A DNA stretch of 63,779 nt, counting the filler. It is 9 parts of 9 records of this genome, joined end to end, with 100 filler letters (N's around TTAATTAATTAA, not from the genome) between each part and the next. Parts side by side here need not be neighbours in the genome. Positions count along the whole stretch, not along the records: positions 58,572 to 63,779 come from SRR31156797_24822; 8 more parts are not named here. The stretch is one strand, 5' to 3'. This document shows positions 58,472 to 63,779 of this stretch, piece after piece. Numbering within the stretch: the stretch's first letter is position 1; the number at the start of each line of letters is the position of its first letter. Below the pieces are notes generated by a model. It saw only the letters and a program-made list of their open reading frames with translations, made no database searches and was not told the DNA's origin. A program made the translations under genes and the position numbers.

Positions 58472-58571
58472 NNNNNNNNNNNNNNNNNNNNNNNNNNNNN
58501 NNNNNNNNNNNNNNNTTAATTAATTAANNNNNNNNNNNNNNNNNNNNNNNNNNNNNNNNNNNNNNNNNNNN
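58472..58571. other. artificial contig-joining spacer
   Basis: N44-TTAATTAATTAA-N44. Confidence 0.99.
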
Positions 58572-58573
58572 CA

Positions 58574-59488
58574 GCCTCCCTGGCATCGGAGATTTCCTCC
58601 TATACCATCTATCAGTGTGATGTCGACGGTGGAAATATCGATCTGCTGAAGACAGCAAGCATTTCCACCGGTGAGCTTGAGCTCGGGCGTGCTCTGTATG
58701 ACTTCGATCTGGGCAACACCTATTACTTCAAGTTGAAGGCCGTGGTTCCCAGCGGTTATGAAGTCTCCGATCCCTGGTCCGAGATTTTTTCGGTCACCCT
58801 GCGTTCCCCGAGCCTCTATCCGAAGATTACCTCCTGCTTTTCCCATGTTACCGATTCTTACGACAGTGTCTGTCTGCGATGGTCTGTTGAGGCGGATACC
58901 GTGGGTGAATGGGATTTCTATAAAAATTTTGATGATATTGAAATCTACCGGAAGACAGGAGATGGAGATTTCTCCTTTCTGACCTCTCCCATAAGCAGTG
59001 CCAATGAGTACTACGACAAGACCGTTGTTGATGGGGAGCCCTACACCTACAAAATCCGGGTAACCTATGAGGATACTTACACCGAAGCTGGCGAGGACTA
59101 CTACGAGTCGGCCGAAAAAACGGTCACCTACGATGATACCCCAAATCCTGCCGTTACCATTGATGAACCGACCCTGAACTCTATTACGGTGGATACCGAT
59201 GTCAATTACTACGCCTGTGAGGTAGAATTCGACTGTGCCAAGAACAATGTGACAGGAACCTTCGGTGCAGAACTCGATTTTTACAATTATAACGGTGGTG
59301 TAACCTACCTTAAATCAACCGGTGAGTTCGGCAACACCAGTCCGGTCAGCCTGACAGTGGACTCTACCTACCTGGACGACGGGACCTATTACGTTACCGC
59401 CCGGGTTTACGTTGAGTACGGAGGGTCTTATACCTACTCCGACGAAGTTACTGTTTATAATGTTGTGATCGATACGAGCCTGTTCTAA
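58574..59488 (+). CDS. extracellular fibronectin-type-III/Ig-like repeat protein (5' truncated)
   Basis: Frame open from the contig edge; GNTYYFKLKAV, IEIYRK..YYDKTV..PYTYKIRV, DGTYYVTARV. Confidence 0.65.
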   Translation, partial: ASLASEISSYTIYQCDVDGGNIDLLKTASISTGELELGRALYDFDLGNTYYFKLKAVVPSGYEVSDPWSEIFSVTLRSPSLYPKITSCFSHVTDSYDSVCLRWSVEADTVGEWDFYKNFDDIEIYRKTGDGDFSFLTSPISSANEYYDKTVVDGEPYTYKIRVTYEDTYTEAGEDYYESAEKTVTYDDTPNPAVTIDEPTLNSITVDTDVNYYACEVEFDCAKNNVTGTFGAELDFYNYNGGVTYLKSTGEFGNTSPVSLTVDSTYLDDGTYYVTARVYVEYGGSYTYSDEVTVYNVVIDTSLF

Positions 59489-59524
59489 CCGGCTGAATCA
59501 GTTTTCAAAAACAGTAAAAACAGG

Positions 59525-59551
59525 AAGAGGCTGTCCGGAGGACAGCCTCTT
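59525..59551. terminator. bidirectional terminator between convergent genes
   Basis: AAGAGGCTGTCC-GGA-GGACAGCCTCTT, perfect 12-bp stem. Confidence 0.75.
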
Positions 59552-59588
59552 TTCTTTAGTGAATACGTTGTTGGTTGCCGACGGTCGT

Positions 59589-60581
59589 TTACTCGGCAGC
59601 AAGGATCAGGTTGATTAAATCATCTCCGTTTGCTTCTTTGTAGTCATCCCAGACCGGCTGAACGGCGTCAATAAAGGGGGTCAGATCGTCGATGTCTGTA
59701 AACTGGACACCCTTGTCCTTGAGTTCGGTAACAACCTGGGCATAGTATTCTTCCCAGAGGACTTTCTGTTTTTCACCGCATTTCTGACCGGCATCAAGAA
59801 TGACATCCTGCTGTTCGGGAGTCAGTGTATCAAAAACCTTTTTGCTCATGATAACGGCATCGGGGACTCTAAAGTGGTGGGTCCAGGAGAAGTACTCGGA
59901 TACTTCATAGAGTTTCAGGGTCAGGAGGGTAATGGGGCTGTTTTCCCATCCATCCAGAACACCCTGTTCCAGGGCTGTGTAAACTTCACCCTGTTCCATG
60001 GGAGTGGCAATTCCGCCCATTGAGTTGAGGGTCTTAACCATCTGCTGGGCAGGCATAACACGGACTTTCAGTCCTCTCATGTCTTCAGGATTGGATACAC
60101 CTCTCTTGTTGGTGATGACATTTCTTGAGCCTGAGTCAAAGAAGGTCAGGTGAACGAATTTGGCGTCGTTGATGTCGTCGATCAGGATCTGACCGGCTTC
60201 GGAATCCAGGGCGCTGAACATATGCTCTCTGCTCTTGAAGATGTAGGGCAGGCTGACAACATTCAGGCTGGGGACAAACTGGGCCAGGGGACCACAGTTG
60301 GTGTAGGAAATATCAATCGTTCCCAGCTGGGCGCCTTCCATTCCGTCTCTCAATCCGCCGAGTTCGCTGTTGGCGTAAAGCTCTACTTTAACTTCTCCGT
60401 TTGTTCCCTCTTCAACCAGTTCGGCAAAGTAAGCCAAAGCTTCCATCGAGGGATGGCCCATCGGAAGGACTGAAGCTACTTTCAGAACCCTTGCTTCCTG
60501 TTCAGCTTCCTGATCGCCTCCGGCGAATGCAAACGAACCGATAAGCAATACCGCGGTCAGGACTAGGAAAATCTTTTTCAT
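59589..60581 (-). CDS. dctP: TRAP transporter substrate-binding protein
   Basis: Spirochaete-style signal (FAGGDQE), SLPYIF, GLKVRVM, EVYTALEQGVLDGWEN. Confidence 0.93.
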   Translation of the reverse strand: MKKIFLVLTAVLLIGSFAFAGGDQEAEQEARVLKVASVLPMGHPSMEALAYFAELVEEGTNGEVKVELYANSELGGLRDGMEGAQLGTIDISYTNCGPLAQFVPSLNVVSLPYIFKSREHMFSALDSEAGQILIDDINDAKFVHLTFFDSGSRNVITNKRGVSNPEDMRGLKVRVMPAQQMVKTLNSMGGIATPMEQGEVYTALEQGVLDGWENSPITLLTLKLYEVSEYFSWTHHFRVPDAVIMSKKVFDTLTPEQQDVILDAGQKCGEKQKVLWEEYYAQVVTELKDKGVQFTDIDDLTPFIDAVQPVWDDYKEANGDDLINLILAAE

Positions 60582-60632
60582 GTGAAACCTCCAAAATAAA
60601 TTTATGAATCAGGCAGTTTCCTGCCGGAAATC

Positions 60633-61916
60633 CTATTTCGCTCCCATGACGAGGTTGGGGATAAAGGTCACCAGGTCGGGGAATACAATAATCAAAGCCA
60701 GAACGACAACCATAGCGAAGAGGTACTTGATAAAAACCCCCATCATGTCGCCTATGGATACTTTAGAAATACTTGTGGATACGAAGAGGGCTATGCCTAC
60801 CGGCGGGGTGCACTGTCCAATGGCCATATTAACGATTATCATGATTCCGTAGTGAAGGGGAGTCATCCCCAGGCTCATGGCAATCGGGTAGATAATGGGA
60901 ACAACAACAATGATAATCGGTGCGATATCCAGGAAGGTTCCTAGAAAGAGCAGCAGCAGATTTATCAGGATAAGGATAATGTACTTGTTTTCCGAAATGG
61001 CAAAGATGGCGTTGGCGATTGCCGTGGGGATTCGTTCTGCGCTGAGTATCCATCCGAAACTGGAGGCTGTGGCCACCACCAGAATAACCATTCCCGTCGT
61101 TAGTCCTGTCTGAACAAGAATGCGGGGGATGTCTTTCAGGGTGATTTCCTTGTAGACGAAGAAGCCGACGATAAAACAGTAGGTGGCCGCGATAATTGAG
61201 GCCTCGGTCGGGGTGAAAATGCCGGAGAGGATTCCTCCCATGATAATTACCATGGTCATGATGGCGAGGATCGAATCCTTGAAGGAGACCCAGACTTCCC
61301 GGAGGGTTGCCTTCTGTTCAAAGGGCAGGTTTCTCTTTTTCGCGATAATAGCGCTTGTTATCATCAGGGCAATTCCCATCAGAATGCCGGGAATGATTCC
61401 GCCGAGAAAGAGCCCCCCGATGGAAATACTTGCCGTGATTCCTAGAATGACCATCGGGATACTGGGAGGAATGATGATACCGATCGCACCGGCGGTGGCC
61501 TGAACGCTTGTTGCCATATCCTTCCCGTACTTCTTTTTGATCATGGCGGGGATGGTGATGCTTCCTATTGCCGCAGTATCGGCCGCTGTGGAGCCGGAGA
61601 TCCCCGCAAAAAACATGGCAGCTACAATACTGACCATGGCCAGTCCGCCCTTAATGTGGCCTACCAGGGTGGAGGTGAATCTGACGAGCTTTCTGGAAAT
61701 TCCTCCGGTCTCCATAAAACCGCCTGCCAGAACAAAGAAGGGAACGGCCAGCAGGGAGAAAGACTCCGAGGCCGTGTACATCCTCTGGACGACGACCAGC
61801 ACATCTATGTCGGAACAGAAGAAGAGGGCCGTTATAGAGGCGATTCCCAGGCAGAATGCAACGGGGAGATTGATCAGCATTAAAGCGACGAAAGTGAGAA
61901 ATATTACTTGAATCAT
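60633..61916 (-). CDS. dctM: TRAP transporter large permease
   Basis: LLAVPFFVLAG, GISGSTAAD, IIIPPSIPM, FTPTEAS, TPPVG. Confidence 0.95.
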   Translation of the reverse strand: MIQVIFLTFVALMLINLPVAFCLGIASITALFFCSDIDVLVVVQRMYTASESFSLLAVPFFVLAGGFMETGGISRKLVRFTSTLVGHIKGGLAMVSIVAAMFFAGISGSTAADTAAIGSITIPAMIKKKYGKDMATSVQATAGAIGIIIPPSIPMVILGITASISIGGLFLGGIIPGILMGIALMITSAIIAKKRNLPFEQKATLREVWVSFKDSILAIMTMVIIMGGILSGIFTPTEASIIAATYCFIVGFFVYKEITLKDIPRILVQTGLTTGMVILVVATASSFGWILSAERIPTAIANAIFAISENKYIILILINLLLLFLGTFLDIAPIIIVVVPIIYPIAMSLGMTPLHYGIMIIVNMAIGQCTPPVGIALFVSTSISKVSIGDMMGVFIKYLFAMVVVLALIIVFPDLVTFIPNLVMGAK

Positions 61917-62392
61917 TTCTTTGGCCTCTGTTGGATTATTGTCCAGATTTCATTCAGCGAGTGTACCAGTGAAAAAAGACCGCAGACCGGAAGAGCCAGA
62001 TAGGGCCAGCTCATGGCGAAGGGCAGGGCCGGCATAAGCTGATCCTTGTTGAAAATTACCAGATAAAATCCGAATCTTATAAGGAAGATCGAAAAGCCGG
62101 TCAGCAGCAGGGCGCAGATCAGGGAGATGATGAATTTGGGGATTGTCGAAAGTTTTCTGAATATTACATCCACACTGAAATGATTCTTTTCATGCACTCC
62201 AAGGCTGACAGCAATATAGCTGGACCAGACAAACATATAGGTCAGGATCGCTTCGGACCAGGAGATTGGCTTTTGAATCACAAACCGGCTGATAATCTGC
62301 AGGAGCCCCAGGAAGAGCATTGTGGTCAACAGGACCACCAGAAGGCCTTTTTCAAGACGGACGACGAATCCGTTTATCTTTTGTATAATCAT
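61913..62392 (-). CDS. dctQ: TRAP transporter small permease
   Basis: Four TM helices, QIISRFV, WSEA, HFSVD. Confidence 0.9.
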   Translation of the reverse strand: MIIQKINGFVVRLEKGLLVVLLTTMLFLGLLQIISRFVIQKPISWSEAILTYMFVWSSYIAVSLGVHEKNHFSVDVIFRKLSTIPKFIISLICALLLTGFSIFLIRFGFYLVIFNKDQLMPALPFAMSWPYLALPVCGLFSLVHSLNEIWTIIQQRPKK

Positions 62393-63405
62393 CAGAATGT
62401 TACCAGTACCTTTAAAGAGTCGGCGGGTGACGCCAGGATATCCTCAAATGCCTTATTGATTTCATCTACCGGGTAGATGCCGGTAATCAAAGGCTCGGGA
62501 TCGATAGCACCGGATGCCAGCCATTCGACAACCTGGGAGAACTTCATGCTGTTCAGCACCGATCCCCGGATATCCACTTCGGTCCGGACGAAATCAAATT
62601 CAGTTATCCCTGTCTCTCCCTTGTTGAGTCCCAGGACCACGATCCTGCCGCCCCGTACAAGTTGGTTCATCGCTTCCCGCAACAGGCTTTCATGACCTAC
62701 GGCCTCGATAATGATATCCGCGCCCTGGCCTTCGGTGAATTCAGAAACGGCTTTCTCCAGGGATTCATTGCTGTTGTTTACAATGACATCAGCCCCGAGG
62801 GATTTCGCCACTTCCAGGCGGCTGTCAACGAGATCGGTGATCAGGACTTCTGCACCGTGCATCTTGAAGACCTGGAGGACGCATAAGCCGATGGTGCCGG
62901 CGCCGAAGATTACGACCTTGTCGCCTTTGGAGAAATCACTTCTACTGAAGACCTGGGCGCCTATGGCAAAGGGTTCGGCGAGGGCCGCCTGGTTCCAGCT
63001 GAGGTTGTCGGGGATTTTGTAAACATTCTTGACCGGAGATGTGAAGTACTCCCGGAATCCCCCTTCGACCTGACACCCGAGGCATTTTACCGAGGTGCAG
63101 ATATGGTTCTTTCCTCTTTTGCACATATAACATTCACCGCAGTAGATGACCGGATCGACGACGACCCTGTCTCCCGTTTTGAATTCAGTGACACCGGGGC
63201 CGACTTCCGTGACTTCTCCGGCCAATTCATGACCCAACACCCGGGGAAGCTGGATGTCCGGCCGGTGGCCCAGGTAGATGTGAAGATCCGTACCGCAGAC
63301 CCCGCAGGCTTTGATATTGATAAGGACTTCGCCTTCGGCCGGGGTGGGTGTCTCAACTTCATGGATGGCTATCTTTTTCGGTTCAATCAGACTTGCTGCT
63401 TTCAT
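62392..63405 (-). CDS. zinc-dependent sugar-acid/polyol dehydrogenase (MDR family)
   Basis: CGTDLH, GHELAG, CGECYMC..C, EP, GAGTIG. Confidence 0.9.
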   Translation of the reverse strand: MKAASLIEPKKIAIHEVETPTPAEGEVLINIKACGVCGTDLHIYLGHRPDIQLPRVLGHELAGEVTEVGPGVTEFKTGDRVVVDPVIYCGECYMCKRGKNHICTSVKCLGCQVEGGFREYFTSPVKNVYKIPDNLSWNQAALAEPFAIGAQVFSRSDFSKGDKVVIFGAGTIGLCVLQVFKMHGAEVLITDLVDSRLEVAKSLGADVIVNNSNESLEKAVSEFTEGQGADIIIEAVGHESLLREAMNQLVRGGRIVVLGLNKGETGITEFDFVRTEVDIRGSVLNSMKFSQVVEWLASGAIDPEPLITGIYPVDEINKAFEDILASPADSLKVLVTF

Positions 63406-63415
63406 CCTCTTCTCC

Positions 63416-63779
63416 TTATCGCCCCATCCAGCCGCCGTCGACGGTCAGGATATGTCCATTCACGTAATCAGAGGCATCAGATGCCAGAAAGACGGCGGCG
63501 CCGTTCAGGTCGGTGGGTTCCCCCCATTTTCCTGCGGGAATCCGGGCAACAATTGATTTATTTCTGATGGGATCATCCTTAATGGCCTGGGCGGCCGGGG
63601 TTCCCATATAGCCGGGGGCGATGGCGTTGACGTTGATGCCGCTGCCGGCCCACTCGTTGGCCAGGGTTTTGGTGACCTGACCCACGGCCCCCTTGCTGGC
63701 GGAATAGGAGGGAATCAGGATCCCGCCCTGGAAGGTGATCAGCGAGGCGATATTGATGATCTTCCCCTTTTTCTGATTC
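63416..63779 (-). CDS. kduD: KduD-like SDR (2-keto-3-deoxygluconate/gluconate 5-dehydrogenase), 5' truncated
   Basis: KIINIASLITFQGGILIPSYSASKG, ANEWA, NAIAPGY, RIPAGKWG, VDGGWMGR. Confidence 0.85.
   Translation of the reverse strand, partial: NQKKGKIINIASLITFQGGILIPSYSASKGAVGQVTKTLANEWAGSGINVNAIAPGYMGTPAAQAIKDDPIRNKSIVARIPAGKWGEPTDLNGAAVFLASDASDYVNGHILTVDGGWMGR

Noticed and set aside
9826..58571. Eight regularly recurring TTAATTAATTAA motifs in N-runs as a biological repeat
   Set aside because: Identical 100-nt artificial linkers; composition and taxonomy change across each, so no cross-spacer gene context is meaningful.

Overview
This window is not one locus. It is a concatenation of nine unrelated contigs joined by eight identical 100-nt spacers (N44-TTAATTAATTAA-N44), consistent with a metagenome from an anoxic, probably marine or saline sediment. 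Taxonomy below is inferred from gene content and composition. A (1-9825, Desulfobacterota-like): hflK-hflC-ACT protein, dCache/PAS kinase plus sigma54 regulator, and a convergent SLC13 permease-receiver-CBS unit behind a sigma54 promoter. B (9926-15271, Desulfovibrionaceae-like): dnaX-ybaB-recR-recD2 with REP-like repeats. C (15372-21204): partial Lhr helicase and an ErcA-like Fe-ADH coupled to an ErcS-like hybrid kinase. D (21305-26842): alpha-repeat protein, 4Fe-4S protein, GlmU-like, CMD-family and partial kinase genes. E (26943-36723, Bacteroidota): gltB-gltD divergent from porin, P-II and amt. F (36824-44820, Methanosarcinaceae-like archaeon): methanogenesis marker 2, stand-alone nifB, queD-queE-DUF366-queC, methanogen-type serS, partial panE. 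G (44921-50388): SprA-related and rod-like genes plus an sps-spp-fructokinase-amylosucrase cluster. H (50489-58471, Bacteroidota): DmpA, lipoprotein, hybrid kinase, GH105, cold-shock and NYN genes. I (58572-63779, spirochaete-like): Fn3 protein and a TRAP/Zn-dehydrogenase/kduD sugar-acid cluster. The best leads are: DUF366, with ligase-like motifs, embedded in the archaeal preQ0 operon; an apparent ATT start codon for queC; a ~140-nt multi-stem candidate RNA between the porin and P-II genes; stand-alone nifB beside marker 2; an ErcA/ErcS pair in an anaerobe; and a sucrose operon in an unexpected host. No rRNA, tRNA, CRISPR array or transposase was recognised.
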